Source of the DNA: Spirochaetia bacterium
GTDB taxonomy: Bacteria; Spirochaetota; Spirochaetia; SZUA-6; Bin103
Reading direction: 5' to 3'
NCBI GenBank assembly: GCA_965203905.1
Contig: CBDBDQ010000005.1
Coordinates: 6,656,001 to 6,720,000, forward strand
DNA length: 64,000 nucleotides
Shown: positions 49,520-59,225 of the stretch, one piece after another
Layout: each line of letters begins with the position of its first letter
How positions within the stretch are numbered: the stretch's first letter is position 1
Notes under the pieces: generated by a model
Databases searched by the model: none
The model's input: only the letters and a program-made list of their open reading frames with translations
What the model was told of the DNA's origin: nothing
Made by a program: the position numbers and the translations under genes

Positions 49520-50758
49520 TCACCGTAGCCTCCCAAGCAGGAAATCGACGAGATTCCGCCATCGAATGCCGTCACGGTTCGCCGGCTGTGCGGTATCGAG
49601 CGACAGAACCAGCTTGGGATGGTTATCGGGCATCTGCCAGAGTGACCGGTATTCCCGCTCGACCGTCTCCTCGTTCGACAGCGAGTAACACACCTGGACG
49701 TAGAGTCGTTCGGTCCGCCGCTCGGCGACGAAGTCGATTTCGTAGTGCCGGAACTTGCCAACGCTGACCGTGTATCCACGGGCGAGCAGTTCCAGGAAGA
49801 CAACGTTCTCGAGTAACCCGGCAATATCGTTGTCCCGGTAGCCAATCAGGCCGTGACGGATACCGATGTCGGTCATATAGAACTTGTCGTAGAGTTCCAG
49901 GCGGCGCATGCCCTTCAGGTCGTACCTCCGGCAGCGGAATACGAGGTAAGCCTCCTCCAGATATGAGAGGTAGTTCTGAACCCGCGATAGAGAAACGCTC
50001 AGTCCCTGCGCCTTCAGGTAGTCCGTCATGCGCTTGGCCGTCGTGATGTTGCCGCAGTTGTCGAACAGGAAGCGCGTGATGCTGTCCAGTTGAGCCGGCT
50101 CTCTGACTTCGTGCCGATTGACCACGTCCTTCAACACGATCGTATGGTAGAGCGAGTTGAGATAGGTGAATACCGGCTCATCTTCCAGACTCAGGTAGTG
50201 AATGCCGGGGAACCCGCCATAGCGCAGGAAGCTGGTCCAGGCCCCCAAGACGTCCGGTGAGCTCCGTTCTATCCCCTGGAATTCGATGAACTCCGAGAAC
50301 AGCAACGGATACACTGGGATCTCGACATACCGCCCCGTGAGCCGCGTTGCAAGGTCGGACGAAAGCAAGCGCGCGTTCGACCCACTGATCGTGACATCCG
50401 CCAACCCATCGGCAACAACCGACGCGATCGCCCGCTCCCACTCGAAGACATTCTGCACCTCATCCACGAACAGGTAGGACTCTGCGCTGCCTCGAAGGTG
50501 GTGGCGAACATAGTCATAGAGCTTGCGGTAGTCGGCGAGGGCCTCGAACTGCAGCGACTCCATGTTGATGCTCAGAATGTTGGCGGGAGACACCCCGCCT
50601 GCAATGAGCCGGTCGATCAGCAGTTGAATGAGCGCGCTCTTGCCGGCTCTCCTGACCCCGGTAATCACCTTGACGAGAGGCTTGTTCATGAAGGGGAGGA
50701 TGCGTTCGGTATACAGGGGTCGCGGGATCAGCTCCAGAATGGCGCTCCTATATGGCAA
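49520..50758 (-). CDS. AAA_14 ATPase with DUF4143-type C-terminus
   Basis: GVRRAGKS, FVDEVQ, GGFP, KFYMTDIG, EIDFVA..YVQV. Confidence 0.9.
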   Translation of the reverse strand: MPYRSAILELIPRPLYTERILPFMNKPLVKVITGVRRAGKSALIQLLIDRLIAGGVSPANILSINMESLQFEALADYRKLYDYVRHHLRGSAESYLFVDEVQNVFEWERAIASVVADGLADVTISGSNARLLSSDLATRLTGRYVEIPVYPLLFSEFIEFQGIERSSPDVLGAWTSFLRYGGFPGIHYLSLEDEPVFTYLNSLYHTIVLKDVVNRHEVREPAQLDSITRFLFDNCGNITTAKRMTDYLKAQGLSVSLSRVQNYLSYLEEAYLVFRCRRYDLKGMRRLELYDKFYMTDIGIRHGLIGYRDNDIAGLLENVVFLELLARGYTVSVGKFRHYEIDFVAERRTERLYVQVCYSLSNEETVEREYRSLWQMPDNHPKLVLSLDTAQPANRDGIRWRNLVDFLLGRLR

Positions 50759-50895
50759 TCTTATTCATGCCGGAAGGAAAGATTGTGTCATACAGGTATC
50801 TTTTCGCATAGCCCCGGGGCTCCGGCAGGCGGCCGAACGCGGAGGCCTCTCGACCGGCGTGAGTCAGCCGAGCCGGCCCGGCGGCGCGGTTGCGG

Positions 50896-51732
50896 CTACC
50901 ACATGACGTAGCCGCCGGGGGTGTTGACGTCCTGGCCGGTGAAGCTGCCGGCCTCGTCGGAGGCGATGAACACCGCCATGGCGGCGGCATCGTCGGAGGT
51001 GCCGTGGTCCTGCACGTAGCCCTCGGCCTGCAGCCAGTGGCCGCACAGCACCTTGTTGGCCGGCTTGGGGCCGGGCCGGTAGTTGATGTAGGTATTCTCG
51101 TCGAACGGCTCGCCGACGTACTCCGCGAACGCCTTGGCGAGTTCGTGGTCGCGCGCGCTGTGGCCGCCGGGGCAGATGGCGTTGACGGTGATGTTGTAGC
51201 GGCCCACCTCCGCCGCCAGCGTGCGGGTGAGGCCGATCACCGCCATCTTGCTGGTGGCGTAGGACGAGCGATGCGCCAGCGGCTGCTTGCCGGTGGGCGA
51301 GCTGAACATGATGATCCGGCCCCGCCGCCGTTCGATCATCGATGGCAGCGCCGCCTTGCAGCACAGGAAAATCGAGTCGAGATTGACCGCCAGCACCTGC
51401 TTCCACTCGGCCAGCGAGAGGTCCCACAGGTCCTTGGTCGGGCCGGCGATGCCGACCACCGGTGCGACGATGTCGATGTGACCGTACTCGGCGAGCGTGC
51501 GCTCCACCATCTCGTTCACCTGCCGTTCGTCCGACACGTCGGTCCGGAAGCACAGCGCGCGGCTGCCCGCCTCCCGGACCTGCGCCCCGGTGGTTGCGTC
51601 CAGCTCCTCGGGCGGAATCAGGTCGCAGATGGCCAGCAGCGCGCCCTCGGCGGCGAACCGCCTGGCCATGGCCTCCGCGTGGCCGCGCGCCGCGCCGGTT
51701 ATCAGCGCCACCTTGTCTTGCAAGCGTCCCAT
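50896..51732 (-). CDS. SDR family oxidoreductase
   Basis: ITGAARG, YATSK, VNAICPG. Confidence 0.92.
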   Translation of the reverse strand: MGRLQDKVALITGAARGHAEAMARRFAAEGALLAICDLIPPEELDATTGAQVREAGSRALCFRTDVSDERQVNEMVERTLAEYGHIDIVAPVVGIAGPTKDLWDLSLAEWKQVLAVNLDSIFLCCKAALPSMIERRRGRIIMFSSPTGKQPLAHRSSYATSKMAVIGLTRTLAAEVGRYNITVNAICPGGHSARDHELAKAFAEYVGEPFDENTYINYRPGPKPANKVLCGHWLQAEGYVQDHGTSDDAAAMAVFIASDEAGSFTGQDVNTPGGYVMW

Positions 51733-51774
51733 GGTCTCTCCTCCTTGTCGGTTCCGTTCGTGTCCGCGTGTCGG

Positions 51775-52626
51775 TTACCCGCGCGCGGCGGGTTTGAGGT
51801 AGCCGCTCAGTTCATAGCTCTTGTACGCCGGCTCGGCGTCGCCGCGGTAGTCGGTCAGCAGCGGCTGAATCAGCGCCAGGTCGTCCGCCGGCAGCGACGC
51901 CGACGGCGGCTGGACAGCCATCTGATAGGAGGCGCGCAGCCGCTCGCTCAGCTCGTCGTAGCGCGGCAGGTACCACGTGGTGAGCACGGTGCGCCGACGG
52001 CCGGTGGTGTTGGCGTGCGCCGCGTGCAGCACGCGCGAGTCGCCGACCACCAGGTCGCCCGCCGTCACCGGCACGTCGACCTCGCCGGGCAGCGTCTGGT
52101 AGCCGGCCGTGGTGGCGGGGTCGCGGTGGCGGATGCCGTCGTCGTGGCTGCCGATCAGGTCGTGGGCCTCCAGGCGGCGCCGGTGCGACTGCGGCAGCAC
52201 CCGCAGGCACCCATTCTCGCGCCGCGTGTCGGTGAGGTACCACATCAGAAACAACTGGTGCGGCACTGGGTCGGCGCTCTCCGGCTCCCTCCACCACACC
52301 CAGTCCTGGTGCCAGTACAGCGACGTGGAGTGCGCCTCCTTGCAGATCACCGAACCGGACCAGTAGCGCGCGCCATCGAAGCCCAGCTCGCGCAACGCGG
52401 CCCAGGTGGGCGGCCAGGCAATCAGCTCGACGAACGCCCGATCCTGGAAGCGGATCGACACCACGCTGCCCTGGTTGCCGCGGCGCTGTCTCTCCTCCTC
52501 CGGGTAGGCGTCGAGCAGCCGGTCGCTTGCCAGCCGCAGGCGTGCCAGCAGGTCGCCGTCGAGCAGTCCGGGAAACACGCAGAATCCGTCGTCCAGCAGT
52601 TGCTGCCGCTTGCTCCGCTCGTTCAT
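51775..52626 (-). CDS. Phytanoyl-CoA dioxygenase (PhyH) family protein
   Basis: WHQD, ENGCLRVLPQSH, HAAHAN..RR. Confidence 0.92.
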   Translation of the reverse strand: MNERSKRQQLLDDGFCVFPGLLDGDLLARLRLASDRLLDAYPEEERQRRGNQGSVVSIRFQDRAFVELIAWPPTWAALRELGFDGARYWSGSVICKEAHSTSLYWHQDWVWWREPESADPVPHQLFLMWYLTDTRRENGCLRVLPQSHRRRLEAHDLIGSHDDGIRHRDPATTAGYQTLPGEVDVPVTAGDLVVGDSRVLHAAHANTTGRRRTVLTTWYLPRYDELSERLRASYQMAVQPPSASLPADDLALIQPLLTDYRGDAEPAYKSYELSGYLKPAARG

Positions 52627-52649
52627 CGCGCGCTCCTCACTCCATTCCC

Positions 52650-53705
52650 CTATTCGTATTCCAGGATGGCGCGGCCCATGATCTCGCCCGCCTTGAGCGC
52701 CGCGCACGCCTCGTTGATCTGCTCCAGGCGGAAGCGGTCGGTCACCAGCTTGTCGAGGGGGAACAGACCCTCGCGGTACCAGCGCAGGAAGATCGGGAAG
52801 TCGCGGTCGGGATGGGAGGCGCCGAAGCTGGTGACGTAGCGGCGGTGTGACGACAGCATGTTGCGCGGATCCAGGGTCATCTCGTTTCCGGGCACCCCGA
52901 TCAGGACCGCGGTGCCGCCCTCGTTGTTGGCGCCCATGGCCCCGGGGCGGGTGACCTGGTTGATGATCTCGGTGGTCTGGCGCACGCCGATCGCGTCGAA
53001 CGCGTAGTCGACGCCGCCGCCGCTCAGATCCACGACCGCCTCCACCGGGTCGACCGCGCTCGCGTTCACGGAGTGCGTGGCACCGAACTCACGGGCCAGC
53101 TCCAGCTTGTCGGCGCGCAGGTCCACCGCGATGATCGGATCGGCGCCCCGGATCGAAGCCGCCCGCACCGCCGAGAGCCCCACCCCGCCGACGCCGAACA
53201 CCGCCACCGACTCACCCGGCTGCACCCGCGTGGTGTGGATCACCGCCCCGGCGCCGGTCAGCACCGCGCAGCCGATGATCGAGCACAGGTCGGCCGGCTC
53301 GTCGGCGCCGACCGGCACCAGGTACTGTTCCGAAACCAGGGCGTGCTCGCTCCAGGTGAACACCGGCCACGGGATGAGGCTGTCCCGGTACGTGGCCCCG
53401 CAGGCCCGGTCGTCCCGCCCGAACGGCAACGCCTGGCGCCGCACCCAGGTGACGATGGCATGGTCGCCCTCCCGTACCCGTGTCACGGCGCTTCCAGTGC
53501 GTAGCACCACGCCGGTGGCCTCGTGGCCGAACGCGGTCGGCCGCGCCCGCGCATCGTGCAACTCGTGGACCTGCGAGTGGCAAATGCCGCTGGCGAGCAG
53601 CTTGACGATTGCCTGGTCGGGACGCGGATCGGCAAGCTGCACCTCGTCGATAATCAGCGGCTCGCCGCTGGCCACCTGGATGGCGGCGCGCGTGGTCATG
53701 GGCAT
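52650..53705 (-). CDS. Zinc-binding (MDR) dehydrogenase
   Basis: GICHS, GHEATG, GCAVLTG, GVGGVG. Confidence 0.92.
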   Translation of the reverse strand: MPMTTRAAIQVASGEPLIIDEVQLADPRPDQAIVKLLASGICHSQVHELHDARARPTAFGHEATGVVLRTGSAVTRVREGDHAIVTWVRRQALPFGRDDRACGATYRDSLIPWPVFTWSEHALVSEQYLVPVGADEPADLCSIIGCAVLTGAGAVIHTTRVQPGESVAVFGVGGVGLSAVRAASIRGADPIIAVDLRADKLELAREFGATHSVNASAVDPVEAVVDLSGGGVDYAFDAIGVRQTTEIINQVTRPGAMGANNEGGTAVLIGVPGNEMTLDPRNMLSSHRRYVTSFGASHPDRDFPIFLRWYREGLFPLDKLVTDRFRLEQINEACAALKAGEIMGRAILEYE

Positions 53706-54146
53706 GGCGGACTCGCCCCTACCTAACCGCCGACCGCGCAATCCGTCAACCCTCCTCTGCAAGGCCCCAGCAAGGCCCGCACGGCGGAGTTCGACTCGGC
53801 CTCTCGCTCGATGGAACACTGAGGTTGCGGTGCCACCGTCCCGGTCTTGCCGGCGACCACCGGAAGCGGTCTCGCCTGGTGGACGATCGGGACCGGCAGG
53901 GCGACCCGGAGCGAAAGCGAAAATAGTTGAGGAGAGTCGCGATTTTTCCGTCCAGATGGGTTGACAAGATTTCTGCCGGCAAGTCGCGGTTGACGCCGGA
54001 CCCCGCCTGAATCGGTCGCGTTTCCGCCCTCAGTGCCCGCTCCCGGCCCGCCACGACCGAATTGCGTCAGAAACCGCCAAACCAGTCCCAACGGCCAGCC
54101 CAGGGGCCAGGAGGGGGCCTCCGAAAACCGGGTGTACCATGCCCCT

Positions 54147-55847
54147 ATGGCATCCGACACGAGCACCTTGCCACGCCAGCCGACCCCGGCGGCGTGCCCC
54201 GAGCCGCCGATCATCCCGCACCCCGCTCCGCCGCTGGCCGGCGCGCTGGGGGCGTCCGGCGCGGGCGAAACCGAGGCCGCCGCGCCGCCCGACCTGGACC
54301 TGCTCGGCAACCGCATCGCCGAGCGCTCCGCCCGCATCCAGGCCGCCAACTACGAGCTGCTCTGCGACCTGCGCGTGTTCGATCGCCGCCACGGCTGGGA
54401 GGGGTTCCGCTCCTGCGCCCACTGGCTCAACTGGCGCATCGGTCTCGACCTCGGCGCCGCGCGCGAGAAGCTGCGCGTGGCGGCGGCGCTCGCGGACCTG
54501 AACCATCTCAGCGCCGCCATGGCCTGCGGGCGGCTGTCCTACTCGATCGTACGCGCCCTCACGAGGGTGGCGACGCCGGCCACCGAGGCACGCCTGATCG
54601 CGGTCGCCTGTGGTGCCACCGCGGCGCAGGTGGAGCGGCTGGTGCGGGCATGGCGCGAGGCCGACCGGGCGGCGCAGCCCGATGCCGAGAAGCTGCGCCT
54701 GGCGCGGCGCATGCTGAGCACGCGGGTGGATGACGACGGCATGCTGGTGCTGCGCGCGCGGCTGACGCCGGAGGTGGGTGCGGTGGTGCTGCGCGCCCTG
54801 GAGGCGGCGCTGGAGCAGGTGCCGGCGTCCGCGGACGACCAGGACAGCGGCATCGGGCAGCGGCGCGCGGACGCACTGGGGCTGGTGGCCGAGAGTGCGC
54901 TGGCCGGCGGCCTCGATCCGGGCACTGCCGGCGACCGCTTCCAGGTGACGGTGCACGTGGACGCGGCCGGGCTTTCCTCCCCCGAGGCGGCCGCTGGCGC
55001 GCGACACGTTTCAGCGGAAACTGCGCCTGGCAACGAAGCCGCCTCCGAACCCGACGAGCCGGCGGCGGACGCCGCGGACCAGGCACCGATCGAGCGCTCC
55101 GGCGATCCCCACGGCCCGACGACGCACGGTCGCGACCAAGTGGCCTCGGCGGCCGACCTCAATGCCGGTCAGGCGCTGATCGAGCCCACTGGCGGTCTCC
55201 ACCGTGCCGAGGCGACGTGCGGGTGCGACCGGGCCGCCCCGGTGTCCGATCCCGAAGCCGGCCAAGCGGTGATCGAGCAGGCCGGTGGGCTCCACGTCGG
55301 CGCGCGGGCGGCGCGCCGGGTCGCCTGCGATGCGGGCCTCGTGGTGCTGCGCCACAGCGCCGACGGTGAGGTGCTCGACGTGGGCCGGCGCACGCGCACC
55401 ATCCCGACCGCGCTGCGCCGTGCCCTCGAGAGCAGGGATCGCAACCAGTGCCAGTTCCCCGGCTGCACCTCCCGGCACTGCGACGCCCATCACGTCGTGC
55501 ATTGGGCGGACGGCGGAGAGACGAAGCTCGGTAATCTGGTCCAGGTGTGTCGATTCCACCACCGCGCGCTGCACGAGGAGGGCTTTCGGGTGGTCGCTGA
55601 CGGTGCAGGGCAGTTCCAGTTCCTGCGCCCGGATGGCGAGCCAGTGCCGGCGGTGGCGCCGGCGCCGCGCTGGGAGGGAGCCGGGGAGCCGCTGGCGCCG
55701 ACCGTGGCGCGCCTGGAGGCGGACGGCATCAGCATCGGGCCGCACACCGCTACCCCCGATTGGTATGGCGAGCCGCTGGACGTGACGGCGGCGCTCGACG
55801 TGTTGTGGGAGCCGCCGGACCGGGAAGGCCCGGTCGTCGCGGGGTAG
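54147..55847 (+). CDS. DUF222-domain HNH endonuclease
   Basis: SCAHWL, QRRADAL, RRVACDA, RD..CQFPGC..DAHHVVHWADGGET.L.NL..CRFHH..LH. Confidence 0.9.
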   Translation: MASDTSTLPRQPTPAACPEPPIIPHPAPPLAGALGASGAGETEAAAPPDLDLLGNRIAERSARIQAANYELLCDLRVFDRRHGWEGFRSCAHWLNWRIGLDLGAAREKLRVAAALADLNHLSAAMACGRLSYSIVRALTRVATPATEARLIAVACGATAAQVERLVRAWREADRAAQPDAEKLRLARRMLSTRVDDDGMLVLRARLTPEVGAVVLRALEAALEQVPASADDQDSGIGQRRADALGLVAESALAGGLDPGTAGDRFQVTVHVDAAGLSSPEAAAGARHVSAETAPGNEAASEPDEPAADAADQAPIERSGDPHGPTTHGRDQVASAADLNAGQALIEPTGGLHRAEATCGCDRAAPVSDPEAGQAVIEQAGGLHVGARAARRVACDAGLVVLRHSADGEVLDVGRRTRTIPTALRRALESRDRNQCQFPGCTSRHCDAHHVVHWADGGETKLGNLVQVCRFHHRALHEEGFRVVADGAGQFQFLRPDGEPVPAVAPAPRWEGAGEPLAPTVARLEADGISIGPHTATPDWYGEPLDVTAALDVLWEPPDREGPVVAG

Positions 55848-55858
55848 TGAGGTGGGCG

Positions 55859-56875
55859 CTACAACCGGTAGACGCGGCGCGCGGTGCCGCTGAAGAGGGC
55901 GTTCTTGTCGGCTTCGGAGAAGTCGGCGACCATCAGCTTGAACGCGTTGTAGAGTTCGCGATAGGTTACCGAGACCCGGTCCACCGGAAAGTTGCTCTCG
56001 AACATGCAGCGCTCCGGCCCGAAGCAGTCGATCGCGTGCAGGTAGTAGCAGCGCTGGGCATCCACCAGCTCGCGGGCGGTGGCCGGCACGCCGCGCTCCG
56101 CCCACGGGAAGCCGTTGTCCCACATCGCCAAGCCGCCGAGCTTGGCAACCACGTTGGGACAGGCGGCGGCCGCCGTCATGCTCTCGTTCAGCCGTGCGAA
56201 GACCTCGGCCCGCCGGGAGCGGTAGCGGCCGACCCCGACCGGGGTGCCGAAGTGGTCCAATACCATCACTGTCTCGGGTGCGCTCCGTGCAAGGGCGATG
56301 AACTCGTCCATCTGGTAGTGGAAGTGCCAGCTCTCGTAGGGCAGGCCGCGGCGCCCGAGCAGCCGCACGCCGGCCCGAAACGCGTCATCCTGCGCCAGGC
56401 CGGGTGGCGCAGGGCCAGGGGCCTGCTCCGTGCCCGGGCGATGGTCGCCGTATGCCAGACTGTCGCGGATGCAGCAGAAGCATCCGTCACCGGCCTCCTC
56501 GTGGGCGTCGAGCACCTCTTCCAGCGCCGGGCCGAGCGTCAGGTCGGCGTAGGCGATGATGCCGGCGATTTCCGGCCCGGGGCCGGCCCGCGACTGCCGC
56601 GCGATCCGCGCCACCCACTCGGTTTCGCCGACCGGCCGCAGATGCTCCGGGCCTTCGGTGCGGTAGTGCGCCCCGCACTGGGCGAAGACCGTCTGCACCA
56701 CGTTGTGCCCCGTCCACAGGTCGGCGTACAGCTCCTCGAGCCGGTACCCGTCCGGACCTCCCCCACTGCCCGGCCAGTCCTCCGGCATCCGCGCATGCGG
56801 CCACAGATGATGATGCGGCTCCACGATCTCGCGGCCGGGATCGATGATTTCCGCGCCTGCCTCGGTCTCTTGCAT
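55859..56875 (-). CDS. Amidohydrolase family protein
   Basis: EPHHHLW, PVGETE, LDHFG, FGPERCMFESNFPVD. Confidence 0.92.
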   Translation of the reverse strand: MQETEAGAEIIDPGREIVEPHHHLWPHARMPEDWPGSGGGPDGYRLEELYADLWTGHNVVQTVFAQCGAHYRTEGPEHLRPVGETEWVARIARQSRAGPGPEIAGIIAYADLTLGPALEEVLDAHEEAGDGCFCCIRDSLAYGDHRPGTEQAPGPAPPGLAQDDAFRAGVRLLGRRGLPYESWHFHYQMDEFIALARSAPETVMVLDHFGTPVGVGRYRSRRAEVFARLNESMTAAAACPNVVAKLGGLAMWDNGFPWAERGVPATARELVDAQRCYYLHAIDCFGPERCMFESNFPVDRVSVTYRELYNAFKLMVADFSEADKNALFSGTARRVYRL

Positions 56876-57094
56876 GGGAGACAGATAGCGCGAATCCTCA
56901 CCGGCGGCAAAGCGGGTGGTCAGGAAGCGCGTCTCCACCGCGGACGGCCCGGCAGCGGTGCGTCCGCACCCCCTCGCCGCACGTGGGCGGGAGACGCGGC
57001 TCGGCCGACTCGGCCGGCTGGTTTCGGTTGCTCCGTCGGTTCGATCCCGCTTACCATCCCTCACCCGCCCCGCGTCAGGAGGATTGGTCACAAA

Positions 57095-57628
57095 TTGTCC
57101 GGGAAGAGATCGGCATCCACGTTCACCGTCGTCGTGCTTGCCGTAGCGCTGGTAATCACGGCGTCGATTCTGGTCCACGTGATGTTTGCCAGCGAGGTCA
57201 CCGATCTGACGGTCGAGTTGCTCGCCGCGATCATCGCCGTCGTTCTCGTGGTCGCCTCGGTCGGCGTGACGATTCACTTTCAAGTTCGCTCCGAGACCGA
57301 GCGCGAGTATCGCGTCGAGCTGTTTCGGCAGAAGCTCGAGCTGTACAAGGACACCATCGCGTGCGTCACGCGGGCCGACGACGACGGCGTGATCGACGCT
57401 CACGAGATCGAGGAGATGCGCAACTACGCGCGCATGACCGCCCTGGTAGGCAATCGCGAGCTGGTAAGCTCGCTGGCCGAGTTCGTTGCGGCGGTGGAGC
57501 AGAGCCGCAGCATCACCCGCGACGAAGAGCAGGGTTCCTTCCGCGCCGTGCTGCAGGAGATGCGCAACGACCTGGGGGTGGTGGAAGGAGACGTACGCGA
57601 GGACGTCAAGCGATTGATGAAGAGCTGA
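57095..57628 (+). CDS. Hypothetical two-TM membrane protein
   Basis: AGGAGG SD, two hydrophobic helices, helical C-terminus. Confidence 0.7.
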   Translation: MSGKRSASTFTVVVLAVALVITASILVHVMFASEVTDLTVELLAAIIAVVLVVASVGVTIHFQVRSETEREYRVELFRQKLELYKDTIACVTRADDDGVIDAHEIEEMRNYARMTALVGNRELVSSLAEFVAAVEQSRSITRDEEQGSFRAVLQEMRNDLGVVEGDVREDVKRLMKS

Positions 57629-57653
57629 GCCGGGTCGCGCGCCGCCGCGGTCG

Positions 57654-59096
57654 CTACACGCCGAGGTCGAGGTAGGTGTTGGCGATCTTGCTCAGGGCCA
57701 CCACGTAGGCGGCGGTGCGGTAGTCGTCGATCGCGTCGTTGCGGTGGAAGGTCTCGCTGATCTCGTCGTAGGCCTGCCGCATGGTGTCGTCCAGGCCGGA
57801 GCGGACCAGGGTCAGCTCGTCGGCGCCGGAGATCAGGTCGGCGCGCAACGAGGCGTCGGCCGAGCGGCTGGTCATCACCTCAAGTGCGCGCACGATCCGC
57901 TCGCCCCGGCCCTCGTCCAGGCGGCGGTCCATGCGGCCGAAGCGGATGTGCGACAGGTTCTTGATCCACTCGAAGTAGGAGACGGTCACGCCGCCGGCGT
58001 TCACGTACAGGTCGGGCAGCACCGGGATGCCACGCTGCCGCAGGATCTCGTCGCCGCCGTAGGTGACCGGGCCGTTGGCCGCCTCCACCACCAGCCCGGC
58101 CTGCACGGCGGCGGCGTTGCCGCGGTGGATCTGCCCCTCGATCGCGGCCGGGACCAGCAGGTCGCAGGGGGTCGCCAGAAACTCGTCCGCGTCGAGATCC
58201 GTGCGCCCGCCCGGATATCCCTCCACGCCGCCGTTCTGGTCCAGATGATCGCGCAGCCCGACCACGTCGATGCCGCCGTCATCGAGCACCGCGCCCTCGC
58301 GCGTCATCACGCCGACGATCAGCGCACCGTCCTCCTCGGACAGGTACCGGGCCAGGTGGTAGCCGACGTTGCCGAGCCCCTGCACCACGATCCGCTTGCC
58401 CTCCAGCCCCCCTTCGAGGCCGGCCAGCGCCAGATCCTCCGGGCGGCGGAACAGCTCGCGCACCGCGAACTGCACGCCGCGCCCGGTCGCCTCGGTGCGG
58501 CCCGGGATGCCGCCGATGGTGACCGGCTTGCCGGTCACACACGCCAGCGCGTTGATCTCCTCCGGGTGCATGATCCGGTAGATGTCGGCGATCCAGCCCA
58601 TCTCGCGCGCGCCGGTGCCCATGTCGGGGGCCGGCACGTTGCCGCCGGGGCTGAGATAGCCCCGGGAGATCAGCTCGCGGGCGAAGCGCCGGGTGATCGC
58701 CTCCAGCTCGCGCTCCGAGTAGTCTCCCGGTTCAAGGTTCACGCCGCCCTTCGAGCCGCCGAACGGCACGTCCACCAGCGCGCACTTGTAGGTCATCAGC
58801 GCGGCCAGCGCCTCCACCTCGTCCTGGTCGACGCAGCAGGCATAGCGAATGCCGCCCTTTGCCGGCAGCAGGTGCGAGCTGTGCGTGGCGCGCCAGCCGC
58901 GGAAGATGTGGATCACGCCGTCGTCGAGCCGCACCGGGAAGTGCAGCTGCAGCACCGAGTCGCACGCCTTGATCTGCTCCGGCAACCCGGGCGGCAGGTC
59001 GAGGTGCCGCAGCGCCCGGTCCACGGTCAGCGACAGCCCTTCGTTGAAGCTCGGCTCGGCCTCGGCAGCGACGGTCCGTGTGTCGAGAGTGCTCAT
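57654..59096 (-). CDS. gdhA: Glu/Leu/Phe/Val (glutamate) dehydrogenase
   Basis: KGGIRY, MTYKCA, GGSKGG, VPAPD, GLGNVG, EAANGP, GGVTVSYFEW. Confidence 0.93.
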   Translation of the reverse strand: MSTLDTRTVAAEAEPSFNEGLSLTVDRALRHLDLPPGLPEQIKACDSVLQLHFPVRLDDGVIHIFRGWRATHSSHLLPAKGGIRYACCVDQDEVEALAALMTYKCALVDVPFGGSKGGVNLEPGDYSERELEAITRRFARELISRGYLSPGGNVPAPDMGTGAREMGWIADIYRIMHPEEINALACVTGKPVTIGGIPGRTEATGRGVQFAVRELFRRPEDLALAGLEGGLEGKRIVVQGLGNVGYHLARYLSEEDGALIVGVMTREGAVLDDGGIDVVGLRDHLDQNGGVEGYPGGRTDLDADEFLATPCDLLVPAAIEGQIHRGNAAAVQAGLVVEAANGPVTYGGDEILRQRGIPVLPDLYVNAGGVTVSYFEWIKNLSHIRFGRMDRRLDEGRGERIVRALEVMTSRSADASLRADLISGADELTLVRSGLDDTMRQAYDEISETFHRNDAIDDYRTAAYVVALSKIANTYLDLGV

Positions 59097-59225
59097 TCCA
59101 CTGCTCCTACTGTCAACGTACCGTCACCCGTTGGGGGAGAGAAGTCCGCCAGGTTGCCGGGCGCATCCGGCGCATCGGGCACGCCGGCTTGACCGGCGCG
59201 CCGCGTCGGTCGAGTATCGGCTTCC

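Noticed and set aside
49338-51036. Diversity-generating retroelement template/variable repeat pair
   Set aside because: Differences are not adenine-specific and no reverse transcriptase is present.
41867-59192. Long ORFs such as 41867-43804(+), 47930-49528(+), 50890-52839(+), 57744-59192(+) and the 5' part of 55760-57628
   Set aside because: Antisense shadows of real high-GC genes, with no recognisable motifs.
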